NCBI RefSeq assembly: GCF_018350175.1
Contig: NC_058376.1
Span: 157,604,001 to 157,668,000, forward strand
Direction: 5' to 3'
DNA from: Felis catus
Lineage: Eukaryota
DNA: 64,000 bases
How positions within the stretch are numbered: position 1 is the first letter of the stretch; each line of letters opens with the position of its first letter. The notes below the pieces were generated by a model. It was not told the DNA's origin and ran no database searches. It saw nothing but the letters and a program-made list of their open reading frames with translations. Both the position numbers and the translations under genes were made by a program. Of the stretch, positions 36,405 through 49,712 are shown piece by piece.

Positions 36405-36617
36405 TTTAAAAAAAATTTTTTTTTAATGTTTATTTTTGAAACAGAGACAGAATGCTAGTGGGTTAGGGGCGGAGAGAGAGGGAGACAGAATCGGAAGCAG
36501 GCTCCAGGCTCCGAGCTGTCAGCACAGAGCCCGACGCGGGGCTTGAACCCACGGACCGTGAGATCGTGACCTGGGCCGAAGTCAGATGCTCAACCGACTG
36601 AGCCGCCCGGGCGCCCC
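36405..36617 (-). mobile_element. Can-SINE, CpG-rich
   Basis: Perfect 16-bp TSD GGACAAGATCACTTTA at 36389-36404 and 36618-36633. Confidence 0.96.
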
Positions 36618-37324
36618 GGACAAGATCACTTTAAACAGCACCAGCCTACTCACCTCAGAGCCAAGAGCTTGTGTGGTACTTGTGAGCCTCGGGATTTTAA
36701 GGGTCACCCTGCTTACCGGAATGGGGCAGACATCATCCGGTCACGGTGATTGCTGGCCCTCACTCTGCTGCCAGACTGTGGGGTTTGCAGCTTCAGCCCT
36801 TTGGCATGAGGGTTTCTACGGAGGATGCCAACATGCCTGGCATGGTGGGGTTGTCTGGGGGCTCAAGGAAGGGCTCTTTGCCTGTCGACCGGAAGCGGTT
36901 TAACATTTTCACCACTGCTACTCCTTTACCAGTCCCTCTGGGCTCAGCCTTCTCGCTGGCCCTTGCGGGGCAGGGAGGATAAGAAGGTGCATGACACAGG
37001 CTGAGTGTCACACGTGTGCCAGGGACGGTGGGGAACTAGAGGACCATGGCCCACATCAGGGAAGCAGCCTGGTGATGATCGCAGCGGGCAATTTTTGTTT
37101 TTTTTCAAGAGAAGCCCAGGGTCAGATTTTTATGAGAAAATTTCAGATTTTAAAATATTGGAAGCCAACTCAAGTTGGTTTTTTTTTTTTCCAAATTCCG
37201 GGGGGTCAACTAAAAATAACGTAGGGCTGGGGTTGACTCATGGGAGGCCCCTCTCCTGCTTGAAGTCACTGCCTCTCCATCCAAAATGGGGGTTCTATTT
37301 TCCATCTTCTGTTTAAAAGTGAGC

Positions 37325-38450
37325 ATGGACTTCTGGCTTTCACGTATGATAGAGAAAGCTGGGGACACATCACTCCCCCCCTTACAAGAAGAACAGACTG
37401 AACGTTGTACAAGTTAACAACTTCTCTGGATCCCCCGGGACAGACGAAGCCACCAGCTAAATATCTAATCCCAAATCTGAAGAGAGCCGGTCACCTCCAA
37501 GGAGCTTGCTTACTAGAACAGATGTCACCAGATGCCACACTAGTAAGAAAAGGACCTCCGATTTGCTGAAGACCAAGGGTGGGAACATGGAGCTCCTGAG
37601 AGCCACAGACACAGGGACTTGGCCCCACCTTCGGGCTTTCCCCCACCGGCCCAGCAAGCACTCATAGGAAGGCGAAGAGCACAGCGAGAGTCCTGAGCTG
37701 CTGCGGGGAGGGCAAGCAGTCCTTCTTCCCGGGGGAACGGCATCAGGCCGATGTGGGAAGGACGGCCCGCTCTTCTGCCCTCAGAGCATCCTCTACAGCT
37801 GGGAGGAGAACAGAAAAGGCCTCCACCTGAGGAAAAGGCGCAAGTGCATCCTGGACCCAGACTATGAAATGCCTCCTACGGCGGGGGGCGGTATGGAGCA
37901 AGAAGAAGGACTCACTCCTGCGGCACGGGGACACCATGCCTGCGCAAGACTGTGAATCACTCCACCCACCTGCCATGACTAGGGCAGCGAGTGTCAAGGT
38001 AACAAGTGGCAGCATGGATTGCTAGGAGAGGGGTGAGCGCCTGGAGAGACATCCTCTCTGAGGGGCAATTGCAAAGGGCCTGAAGCAGAGGGTGGGGCAG
38101 ATGTTGAGAGAAACCTCTGGAAACAATTCAAATGTCCAAGGGGGGGTGGATAAACAAGCCATGGTGCGTTGAACAACAGAACACTATACAGCCGTGTGAA
38201 GGACCGAGTTACTGGTAACAGGGATGCATCTCACAGGGGCTATGCTAGTTCCTACACACCGCGGGGCTCCACGTATAGGACATTCCCGCAAAAGCACATC
38301 TCTAGGGGGGTGACAGAGCTGGTCTTTATTGTAACCGTGCTAGGGTCTCCACGAGCCTACTTTCCGCAAGACTTGCAAGATCGCGCACGACAGAGGGAGA
38401 GTTTCACCCTGTGTAAAAGATTCCTCAATAAAATAGATGGGAAAAAATGA
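37325..38450 (+). mobile_element. Old LINE-1 fragments (5'-end-like 37325-37990; 3'-end-like 38120-38450)
   Basis: GACTTCTGGC..GATAGAG start; CAAATGTCCA..GTGGATAAACA..ATGGT motif. Confidence 0.5.
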
Positions 38451-38507
38451 GGAGCATGACATTAGCAGATCAAGCGTCAACCCATTTCTTTGGACCATGT
38501 TGGTGTT

Positions 38508-38858
38508 CTTTTTTTTTTTTTAAGTTTTTACTTAAATTCCAGTTAGTTGATATACAGTGCTATATTAGTCTCAGGAGTACCATTTAGTGATTCATCACTT
38601 CCTTCCAACACCACACCGGTGCTCATCACAAGTGCCCTCCTCAATCCCCATCACCTATTTCACCCATCCCCCACCCGCCTCCCTTCTGGTAAGGATCAGG
38701 TTGTTCTCTAGAGTTAAGAGTCTGTTTCTTGGTTCTCTCTCTCTCTCTCTGTTCCCCTATGCTCATTTGTTTTGTTTCTTAAATTCCTCACATGAGTGAA
38801 ATCATATGTATTTGTCTTTCTCTGACTGACTGACTTCACTTAGCATAATTCTCTCCAG
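38508..38858 (-). mobile_element. Carnivore LINE-1 3' end, 5'-truncated
   Basis: Poly-T, CCGGTGCTCATCACAAGTGCCCTCCTCAATCCCCATCACC, ACATGAGTGAAATCATATG..TTTGTCTTTCTCTGACTGAC. Confidence 0.9.
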
Positions 38859-38864
38859 CACATG

Positions 38865-39300
38865 CGTTGGTCAGCCGGCCGGCTTTTAACTGTAAATGAC
38901 AGGAACTCAACTCCATCTAGCTTAGATCCAAAGGGTGATTTGATGAGAGGACTCCATCTGTTTCAGACTGGCAGCCTGGGTGCCCGGGGTGATGGGGACC
39001 AGGGACTCCTCCTGTCCCTCAACTCCTTCTCCCCTGGAGTACGTTCTCTCTCACGGCACGCGGACTTCTGAACATGGCCGCCAGTAGCTCCCAGCCTCAT
39101 GTTTCGCAGCCTTCCCAACAAGGAGGAGCTGCATCCCTTATTCCAATTCCAGTTCAAAAATCCCAGGAAGCACTCTGATTGGCTCCGCCGAGGCCAGCCA
39201 ACAGCGGCCAAGGGAGAGACATCCTGGGATTGTTACCTTCCATTCCACATGGTTGGAGTGGGGAACAGATGCTTCCCCCAGAAGGTAGAATGCTAAGCAG
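38865..39300 (-). mobile_element. MaLR LTR (old MLT1)
   Basis: TTAACTGTAAATGACAGGAACTCAACTC..ACTCTGATTGGC. Confidence 0.6.
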
Positions 39301-40221
39301 ACAAAATATTGTCTCTTGTGGCTCATCACCATCTTATGCACTACATTTTCTTTGTTGTTCTCCAAAAGAGGTTGGAGTTCCCCTTCTCGCTCCCCTTCAT
39401 TTCAGTTTTGTGGGCCTGCTCTGGACCGAGAGGCGGAGGAATGAAATGAGTTAGACACAGTCCTTGCCCTCAAAAACCCGCAGCCCAGGCTAAGGGGGAA
39501 CCCAACAAATAGCCAGCTAGTTAGAAAATCCAGCAAGGAGCACAACAGGAGGGGGCCGCGTAGCTGAGCCCGGGGCTGAGACCAGGTTTCCTATAAGAAG
39601 TGACTCCGGGGCAATTTGAAGGTTTTGAAAGGGGAAGGGCATTTCAAACAGAAGTGTACGTCCCAGTCCCAGGTGAGGTCAAAGGAGCTGCTCTCACAAG
39701 TGCTGGATTGTGAATCCCTCAATGGGGCATGTCAGGTCTTTTATGATCAGGATGCAATGCTTGGCTTTTAAAATAAGCACTTTATAGTTTTCAGAACACT
39801 TATAAATCCTTTTTCCCTCTCTTCAGCAGCCTTATCCAACAGTACCAAAAATCGGGAAAGAAGAACAAAACAAAGAACAGAGAAAAGGCTGGATACCTTT
39901 GCAGCAACAGAGATCAGCCCACACCCCCCCTCTCACCGCAGCTCACGTATGGGACTGGCCCGCAAGTAGGTTGATTGCTCCAAGGTTGGGGGTTTGTACG
40001 ATGTGTGTGGTGGAAACAGAAAGCGGCCAGGACCCTCCCGGTCACTAAGGAAAACCTCACAGGACACAGACTGGGCAGGGAAAGTGGATGAGGAACTGTG
40101 GCAAAAAGGGGGAAGGGATCAAAGAATTAGAGTCCGAATGAAGTTCAGGAGGCAGAACACGGGGAATAAGGGCGCAAAGGGTTGGAAGGGTGAAGTGTGA
40201 AGCCTGAGATTAAAAGATTTC

Positions 40222-40417
40222 TTTTTTTAATGTTTATTTATTTTGAAAGAGAGAGAGCAGGGAAAGGCAGAGAGAGAAGGAGAAAGAGAACCCCAGGCAG
40301 GCTCTGAGCTGTGAGCACGGAGCCCAACGTGGGGCTTGAACTCGTGAACTGCGAGACCACGACCTGAGCACAAACCAAGAGTCGGCCACTTAACCAACTG
40401 AGCCACCCAGGAGCCCC
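40222..40417 (-). mobile_element. Can-SINE
   Basis: SINE body; partial TSD AGATTTCT. Confidence 0.92.
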
Positions 40418-41148
40418 ATGAGATTTCTGAGGTTGTGTAATTCCAGGAGGTGGTGAGCTCCACGGTATGCAGCCATCCATGGTTTGCCGGAAGGGGAGGT
40501 GACGAAGTGGTTATTGGAGTTATTGGAAGAGGTCAAAGATGGACATCAAAGCTGAAGCCATGAAGTCTATGGATGGGCTTGGAGAGGAGAAGAAAGACAA
40601 GTGGCAGGCGCCCAAGTGTTTAGGGAAAGAGAGGGAGTGTGATCAGAAGGTTGTGGAAGGTGGCCACCGGGAGAGGAGGGGGAGGTAGGGACCAATGACA
40701 GGACTGTCAAGAGGGGCGTTTGCATGGGAATGGGAGAACAGCCTCCGGGAGCAGCCTGAGAGGCCGTGGGAGACAGGCTTTGCTCCCCTGGGCGGCAGGC
40801 AAGACAGAAGAGCAGGAGACCAAATGAGCAGCGCATGCTCAGGAAGTACACGGCACAGCCTTGGCCAGGGCTGAAGGAGCCGGTGCGGAGAACGTTCACG
40901 CAACACCAGATTCTGCCTGAATATGCAGATTAGCTCAGCGTCCGTCGAGGTGCAGCCTTGTGCGGCTTTCCACAGATGAGGTGGTGTCAGATGATGATCA
41001 TCTTCTCAATTTAAGACTCACACGCTCATTCTAGTATGTGTTATGAATATGTATATGACCAGCTTGTCATCCTAGAGAATTCACAAGTAACTGTGCTTAG
41101 CGTAAGAGTTCGGTTTAAAATCGGGTCAATTTAAAGAAAGCTATCAAT

Positions 41149-41313
41149 GGGCAGCCTGGGTGGCTCCGTCGGCTAAGCATCTGACTCTTGACTTCAGCTC
41201 AGGTCATGATCTCACAGTCTGTGAGTTCGAGCCCTGCATAGGGCTCTGTGCTAACATCGCAGAGCCTGCTTGGGATTCTCTCTCTCTCTGCCCCTCCCCT
41301 GCTTGTGTGTGCC

Positions 41314-41359
<46 letters not shown>

Positions 41360-41376
41360 AAATAGACATTAAAAAC
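41149..41376 (+). mobile_element. Can-SINE with expanded (CT)n
   Basis: SINE body; degenerate TSD AAAGAA.G.TATCAA. Confidence 0.92.
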
Positions 41377-43081
41377 ATGAAAGAAGGATATCAACTAAAT
41401 AATAAAAACAGATGGCACGCAGGTCAGGGGCAAAGTGTGAAGGCAGCGTGCAAATGCCCCAAATGTGGGAAACCCTGGATTTACCTCATTTACTCTGCAC
41501 AACTGTGTATCAGGAAAGCCCTAGGGCTAACCACTGGGACACACCATAGCTCCAACTCACACTTGGAAAAGCAGTCCCAGGTCTCTGTGCCGTGGAGGGT
41601 TGCCACAGTTGCGCACAGGTTCAGAGCCTGGAACGGAGCAGAGAGAATCCTGGGCATGCTGAGGGAAGCCTCTTTCCCAAGTGACCCATCATGTGTTTTT
41701 TATACTGGGACATTTTGGAGGTCATTTTAGCCTGATTTCAGCCCGGTTTCTTCTAGAATATGTAAAAAGGAAAAATCACCCTCTCTGTATCAGACACCTC
41801 ACGCGCTGCCTCATTCTCTCAAGGGGCCACCACCATGCCCAGCCTCTGCCATGAGGGCTTCCGGGAGGCAACTAAGTTCTACCCACCTGAGGCCTCCGCG
41901 TGGGTCTCTGGTTGCTCCCATGACTTCAAGACTCAGAGGACCTATCATGCTGGCTATTTCCTGGGATCTGGCTTCCCCAGTGGCTCCCGAAGGACTCGGG
42001 CGATATAACCCAGAGGCGCAGGGAACTTAACTCCCCGTGTAGAGAACTTGACCAGTGAAGTTCTCTCCATTCCACCATAATGGACTCTTTCAAGGCCCGG
42101 GATTTCCGAAAAATCTGTTCAGGGACATCCCGCACAGCAAGATGACCAGCCTCTCGAAGTAGGGCTGGGACTGTACCCTCGGATAAAGCAGTAGCGTTTA
42201 AGCCTGCCTCACGCCATCTATTCAAGGGAGTCCAGGCTATCCGGAACCAGATAGGGATTCTTCCTCCCCGCCCCCCGCTTCTCATAACCATTTAAAAAGT
42301 CAATTTCAAAAGTGTGGTGGCCTACTCTCCTCACCTCCAAAGATTGCCCAGAGGAGCAGAGGGTTCACTGGCAGAGGCTGGGAGGCCAACAGCCTACTTG
42401 GGTAAAGGGGCTCCTAGCAGCCACTATGCTTCTGCACATGCTCGGCAGAAGGTGCCCACCTGCTAGACAGCCCAGAGCCACGAAATGGGCTCGGAGCTGG
42501 CAGCTGAACACGACGGAGCCGAGGGGAGAACAGCGGCCGTGAAAGCCACGCAGGCTTGCCCCCGTAGGGTTCCGGCTTGCCCCTGCTCACTAGGCTGAGG
42601 GCTGGCTGGAGGCCCCTGAGAGCTTCCCATCTGGTGGGGGATGGGAAACACCTCTCCCAGTGAGAACTTTGAGCTGGACTGTGATTGAATTCTTGGATTA
42701 GACTAACATTTTTATTGGATTAGGCTGGCCTTTGCTGGAGGGGACTGAATTCAGTCTTCCTGCTGCCAAGTGGGAATGAGACCTCATTAAAGAAAGTACA
42801 TGCAATTATTATTATTTTTTAAGTGCATTTGTACTCTCCCAGGCCCCACTTTAATTTGGCCAGGAGCCCTGTCCTTGAGTGTGAGGCCCTAAGGAGAGTC
42901 AACCAGACTCCGGCACTTGGACAAATAGGGTTTATGTCTGTGGCTAGAATAACAAGGCCTGGGGTAAATTACCAAGATGTGGTGTGATGGCTGAACCTCG
43001 TCTACACGCGAAGCCAGCTGTGTGCTCCTGACCACAGAGGTCTTGGAAAGGAATGAAACATCAGCACTTTGACTTCGTTTT

Positions 43082-43297
43082 TGAATTTTCTTTTAACGTT
43101 TATTTATTTTTGAGAGAGAGAGACACACAGTGCGAGTAGGGGAGGGGCAGACGGAGAGGGAGACGCAGAATATAAAGCAGGCTCCAGGCTCTGAGCTGTC
43201 AGCACAGAGACCCACACGGGGCTCGAACTCACACACCGCAAGATCATGGCCTGAGCCGAAGTCGGACGCTTAACCGACTGAGCCACCCAGGTGCCCC
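43082..43297 (-). mobile_element. Can-SINE (SINEC_Fc2-like)
   Basis: Reverse-complement head ending GTGCCCC at 43297. Confidence 0.93.
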
Positions 43298-43381
43298 TCG
43301 ACTACATTTTTAATATGCTTTATTATGTATAGCCATTGTGAACACAGTTCCAATATCAGTGTGCTGGTTGTCATATAAGAG

Positions 43382-43431
43382 GTGTGTGTGTGTGTGTGTG
43401 TGGGTGTGGGTGTGTGCGTGTCTGTGTGTGT
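43382..43431 (+). repeat. Imperfect (GT)n microsatellite
   Basis: GTGTGTGT... tract. Confidence 0.9.
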
Positions 43432-45946
43432 AGTGTGATGGCTAAGAGTTCAGGCTCGATGACCATCAGATCTGGATTGAGACCCAGTGTTACCTTCAGC
43501 AGAGGTGAAGATCTACTCATCAGCAGTGTAAGCTTAGCAACTGTTAACCCATCTAAGGCATGGCTTTCTCATCCAGAAAGTGGCGGTGATCACATCAACC
43601 TCGCCAGACCGCTGTGAAAAGCCAAGCCGCAGCCATCGTGCACTGCCTTCGCCATTCCCGCCCCCCAGGTTCTCTGCCACTGGCCAAGCGGCTTGGCCCA
43701 CGGAAGGCCCTGGCAAAAGCAGAGAGCTCCAAGGAAGAGGCCCGGGGACTCTCCTCACTTGGGCGTCCTGTCTCCGTCTACAGCGGGACCCATTGGCACC
43801 TCAGCTCTCAGTGAGGCCCGGTTCCCTTCTTTAACCTTTTTGGGCCTCAGTGCTAACAGCTGCCGCTGGGGCTCCTCTGGGGGGCCGCCGTTAGCAGGTT
43901 TCAGGGCTCCATTTACCCTGTCCCGGGGATCTGCGATCGGCCCCCTCACCAAGTCTTGCCAAAGGAGACCACCAGGGAGGATTCTTTTTCTCACCTAACC
44001 TGGGGTGATACTCTCCCGGATTTCTTAAAACACGTTTTAAAAATCGAAATGATTTGTCTTAGAGGAATATTATGTCTCCATGTCATTGTGAACCCAATAT
44101 GCTGGTTGTCACCTAACACACATTAAAATAAAACCATGACTTGAAAAAAGAAACGTGCTTGCTATGTCCCACCTAAAATCACCTCTGGTACCCCCGTGCT
44201 CTGTCGAGCCCCTTTGCACAGGACTGAGTCGCTGTGGAGTGAAGCTCTCTGCTCAGAACTTTCTTTCTTTCCCAATGCCGTCCTTAAAATTAGGAACCAC
44301 GCTGCCACATGGCAGCAGCTGCGGATGGGGCACAGGCACGCCGTGCAGGAACGTCTTCCTTCTTAGACCGTCTATACTTTTCTCATGAAACAGGACTTAT
44401 TATCCTGTTGCTAATAAAGAATGGGTGCCCCCTGTCGTGACAGCTCTTTTCACGAGAAACATCTTCTCTCCCCTGCAGAAAGGGCAAGGGGTTCATTTCG
44501 AAAAAGAAATTATCTGCAATCACCCCCAGTGCAAACAGAAAGTCTTTCTGAAGTCCATCTTCAAATTGCAAGTACTTTAAAAATAAATTTGGTGGAATCT
44601 TGCTGGGATTTTCATACCAAGAGGCTGAATAGTTAAGACAGAACAGATCACTCATTGTTAAACACATAGAACAGGCCCCGAGAGTGGGGTTCAACCTCGT
44701 AAGCACCCTTCCTCCTTCGTCTTTTCCACCTCTGCCCACCACGCCTTCCGGCCCCCCCACCCCCGCACACTCACACACACGCTCACACACACGCACACTC
44801 GCACCCCCACACCCAGCGCCCCACCCGCGGCTCCCAGCAGCAGGGCCTGGATGGCGGTCTATCTCCCTGCCGTCTGGCATCGGGGAGCTTGCTGCTTTCT
44901 GTACAAATTGCCTCCGGAACAAAGCAAGCTGGCCTGTGAGAGGGTTTCACCACATCTGCAGGAACAGTGCTGCCCGGGATCAAGCGAGGCTGACGACAAA
45001 ACTTATTTTTAAAAATTCTTTTTGCTGTTTCAGTCACTGCGGATGAGGAGCTGAACTGAGATGTGTAGACGGGCGCCCTGTTGGGTGCCCTGTACCTTCA
45101 GCTTGGTTATGGGAATGCGAGGGGGAGAAAATGACTTTAAGAAAAGAAACACACTTTGGTCACTGAGAGGGCTTTTTTTTTTTTTTTCTTTTTTTTTTTT
45201 CCAGGAGGCAAGCCTGTCTCCTGTCCAAACGCCAGGCTGTCCTGTTCTCTGCAGAGGTGAAGACAGCCACGTGGCTGTGCAAAAGCATCAGAGACACAGG
45301 GAACTCTTCTAAGCCCCGTGTCAGTAGGGCTCCCCCGGCCCTGCTGCATGGAGGTATGAGGCCTGTGGACCCCCACATCCACAGTGAGGAGCCGGGTCCC
45401 CTGTCCTCCACAGGTGTCTATGCCTTCTCAGCATTTACTACCGGGCCCTCCCCCCTCCCCAGACCCCCCAGACTCTGGGATCCTGGGTGGTGCTCCATTC
45501 ACCCCTAGACAGCCCACATGCACAGGCTCAGCCCTTTCACTGATTTCCAGGAAACAATCCGCTCTAACAGGTACAGCTTTCCACCCACATAAGGCCCTCA
45601 GTGTACAAGCCCCTCCCCTCCCAGCAGCATAAGGCAGAGGGGCATTTTGCGCAAAGGCCTCGACTATTTCAGTGGGGAACCTTTAACCCATCCCTGCCGC
45701 TACTCCAAAAGACACTGATTTTTCACACACATAACATCCTCATATGTAAGAGAAATCCCTGGTTATGTAGAAGGTGAAAAGTACAGATTTCTTTTTTAAA
45801 ACACCATTTATTTCAATGACTAAAGCAGCCAAAACCATTCTGGAAGTTTCCTGTGCACTGAGTTTCTCCAACAAAGTATAGTGCCGAAGGACCGTCTCTG
45901 TGAGGGCAAAACGTAGCAAAAAAACAAAAATAAGGCAGCACACCGA

Positions 45947-46285
45947 TGCGATGGACTGAATGAGACCCCCCAGATTCATATGTGGAAACCCAAATGGGAA
46001 GGTATTTGGAGCTACTGAGAGCCAATTAGGTCGTGAGGGGGGCGTCCCCAGGACGGGGCAAGGGTCCTTACAAGAGGGGGGAGAAGCTTGCCCGTTCTGT
46101 CTCCACCACGTGGGGACACACTGAGAAGGTGGCCGCTGACAGCCTGGCAATTGGGCCCTCACGGAGAACCAGACGGGCCAGCACCTCGATCCTGGACTTC
46201 TCATTTCTGGAACCGTGAGAAATGTTGTTGCCCGTGCGCGTCTGGTCTACCATAACTTATTAGAGCCGCCTAATCGTCTAAGGCA
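45947..46285 (+). mobile_element. MaLR LTR (MLT1A-like)
   Basis: TGCGATGGACTGAATG..ATTCATATGTGGAAACCC..GCACCTCGATCCTGGACTTC..AACCGTGAGAAAT..CTAAGGCA. Confidence 0.85.
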
Positions 46286-47285
46286 AACAGCGACCGAAAC
46301 CGATGCTACAGCCGGCTCTTTTCAGTGCACAAGACAGACGTGAAGTTGAAAAAATTGCACTGGCCAGCTTTCGCACCTTACCTCTCAAGTTTGCCGAGAA
46401 AAGCCAAGGGGGCTGGGGACAGAAATGGGAAGGGCAGCTTCCTCACACTGGCCAACACTCACCATGGGCCAGGCCCGGGGCTCAGCATTGTTTGAAAGTT
46501 TAATTCTAGTTGTACCAAAGATTTCTTAACATATTAACTTACATATGTTTTAAAAAGCCAAACAGTACTCAAAGGGTAGTGAGAAAAACAGCCTTTCCCT
46601 TCCCGGGCCTCCTACCCCCACATCCAACTCTTTGGCAAATAGAGTTTTTTATTTACCTCCATGTGTCGGAGCAAAAGGCTTACACTACGGTGTTGATTTT
46701 TCCATTTTAGACATAATCTCCTGCCTTCCTGCTATGGGTGATGAGGGTGTTAGCACACATACCTTATCCACTTTCCCACCACATCCTCCCCATGTAATCA
46801 TATCACATTGTTTGTTAGGTAAATATTCCATGAATATATTATTTTTACTGAGAAAACATTGGTCAAGCTGCTCCAGAAAAGTATTACATTTCCTTTCATA
46901 TATGACTTCTTGTTTTCCCTGGACTTAAGAACTGGCCTTTTTGCCATTCGCACAATTTCAGGTCACCACCAATTCTCCCCACAAACTCTCCAGAAGAGAT
47001 GTAAAATCCTCCTCCGCGTATTCCAACATGTCGGTTCCGCCTGTATTTTGGAGATGTCCTCCTGGAGCCGTCCTTCCTCCTGTTCCAGTCTGGGCTGGTG
47101 GCTCCCCGTCCTTGCTTCCCAGTGGTGATCCTAGGGCTCCACTCACGGAACCTTGAATTCCCTCCGCCTTTCTTCTGTGCCGCATCCATTTTTCAGATCC
47201 TGTGCCTTCCTTTCCCTTTGTTAATTCCCTTTCGCGGTGTATTTCTACGATCATTCAGAGACTGCCCTTGGTTGTCTGACCGGGT

Positions 47286-47684
47286 ATGAACCTCCTTCTG
47301 ACGTACTGTCAGGTCGGGACTAGCCTGATGCTACGCCACAGTGTCTGGTCATTCACCTTCCTTCACCTCACCAGGTAGGCATTCTGTCATCTCACATCAT
47401 CACAAGAAGAAGAAGGGTGAGTACAGTACAATAAGATATTTTGAGAGAGAGACCGAGAGAGACCACATCCACGTAACTTTTATCACAATAGATTGTTGTA
47501 ATTGTTCTGTTTTATTAGTTTTGTTGTTAATCTCTTACTGTGCCTACTTTGTAAATTACGCCTTATCGTAGGGATGCATGCGTAGGAAGAAAACACAGCA
47601 CGTAGGGGGTTTGGCACTAGTCACAATTTCGGGCATCCACTGGGGGTCTTGGAATGTATCCCCCGTGGATAGGGGGGACTACCA
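47286..47684 (+). mobile_element. Tc1/mariner Tigger4 (Zombi)-like DNA transposon fragment
   Basis: CATCACAAGAAGAAGAAGGGTGAGTACAGTACAATAAGATATTTTGAGAGAG; terminus GCATCCACTGGGGGTCTTGGAATGTATCCCCCGTGGATAGGGGGGACTAC. Confidence 0.85.
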
Positions 47685-47689
47685 TATAG

Positions 47690-48400
47690 AGTTCTAGACC
47701 AGAAATATGCTTTCTTCAGCATTTTGAAAGTCTTGTTGCCCTGTCTTCTAGATTCCAACGTTGCCGAGAAAGTTGGTGCTCCTCTGACCCCTAGCCCTGT
47801 GCAAGTGACCCCTAATCTGTTCTTCTTGCCCCTTCTCTCCCAGAGCACTTTTTAAGAATCTGCTCTTAACTCCTGAAATATTTAAATTTCATGCAAATGT
47901 GCTTTAGGTGGGTCCTTCTCCCCTTCTAAAAAAATCCAGTGTGCTGGGCCCTTATTCTGGGCCTGTTTGGTGTGAAAAATCATATTCTTTAGTTTTGGGA
48001 TATTTTAAAATATTGTTTCCTCTGATAACTTTCCCTCCATTTGTGTTGTTGTTGTTGTTCTCCATAGAATACCTTTTGTTTTCTATCGGATGTCTTATGT
48101 TACCTAGTGCTCTTCATCACACTTTCTGAGAGATGATCTTGGCTTTTAGCCCCGTCCTCTTTGTTTCATCTTATTTGTTGTGTACTGTTTTCCAATCCCC
48201 CTACCGTCTTCTCAACATTCTCGCCTCATGGGTGCCATGACTTGTCTCCCCTCAAGGGTGGGGCATGACCTCTGTTTACTCCATTCTTTTTCTTCTCATC
48301 TATTTTGATATCTGCTTTCCATGTTGAGGGGTTTTCCCGTGATCTTTGCCTCCCTTTATGCTAGGACAGTGGCCTCAAAGGTTGGCTGGGAACTCCTCAA
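47690..48400 (-). mobile_element. HAL1/L1ME ORF1-region debris
   Basis: CTGTCTTCTAGATTCCAACGTTGCCGAGAAAGT; T-rich + strand. Confidence 0.5.
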
Positions 48401-49186
48401 GCGGGAAAGGGCTGGCCAGCCGTGGCTTCACTAAGGACCATCAGGCAGCAGCCCTGCTGTTCGTTTAGAAGCTTCTCTCAAATTCAACATTTTTGTCTTT
48501 TCTCTGGTTTCTGGCTGGAGAATGGATGCCGGCAACCAGCACTCTGGGAACGTAGTTGGGAAAGAGGACCAAAGCAGGGGTCACAATTTCACTTCTTCTC
48601 ATTTCCGTCCAGCCCTCACCTCCTCCCCAGCCGCTCCTGGCATCTCCAAACCAGGAGCTGCCCTGGGTCTCTTTCTCCAGAGGGAAAACTCCAGGCACTC
48701 TGCTGGGATGGGGAAGGGCAGGGACTTGACTGCCCTTCAGACAGACTTATGGGTTCTCTTCCTCAGCCTTTCCACTTACCCTGACTTTCAGAGATACCTG
48801 GCCCTTGGGTTCCCGAGTTTTTCTAGGTGTCTGCGGCACGAACGGGCATGTTGCTTGTTGGCAGCCCCATGTGCAAGCTTTTAACCGCAGAGAAAGCTGA
48901 ACACTAATTAGGGTTTCCTCCTCTTAGTCCTGTTGGGTTATGTTCTCTTTATTGTTCGAATACGAGTCCTGGGACGTGGTCTCCGTGCATTATCTCTCAG
49001 ATCCCGTCCTCATCCTGTGAGGTAAGTACTATTATCAACCCCACTTAAAGAGGGGAATGCGGCCTTCGAGGGAGTAGGTATCCATTCGGGCGCAGAGCTG
49101 TGGCGTGGACTCAGGCCTTCCAACCCCAGAGCCCTTGCCCTGAGCCACCATATTGGGCAGCCAGAAGCAGAAGGTGGGGCACAAGG

Positions 49187-49712
49187 TGTGAGAGCAGAGT
49201 GACCCCGTGACCGGGACCCAGCTCCTTCCAATCACCGCATGACAGGCCAGTAAGTCGAGAGGCAAGATGCTGAGACAAGGAAAGCGACTTTGTCCAGAAA
49301 GCCGGCAAGCCCAGGAGATGGCAGACTGTCGTCCCAGCGATCCGTCTCCCCGAGCATAAGGCTGCGCTTCTTTTATGTTAGGGCAGGGGGACAGGGGTGG
49401 AGTCAAAAGGTGACTGACATCTGTAGACAACCCAGAAGGTGGTGTAAACTCTTTGTCCTTGGTCAGTTGATCTCTGTGTACAGGAATCTGGTCATTTCAT
49501 TCCTGTAAATCATGCCAAGGCGTAGTCATTTCTGTACGTACTTCCTTCTCTCCTCGGGTGAGGTGGGTTTCGGGGGAAAGGTGATTTCTGCAAATCTTAG
49601 CCGTAGCGTGCCTACGTGCAGGGCTAAGCAGGAGTTTCTAAGCTACAGGTGACGGCAGCAAGAGAAATGGGAGCAATATGGAGTCAGACACGCTAAGTGT
49701 CTCCCTATCACA
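49187..49712 (-). mobile_element. ERV1-type LTR (MER34/39-like)
   Basis: TGTGA...TCACA termini; GAGACAAGGAAAGCGACTTT..AAGCCGGCAAG. No TSD recognised. Confidence 0.65.
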
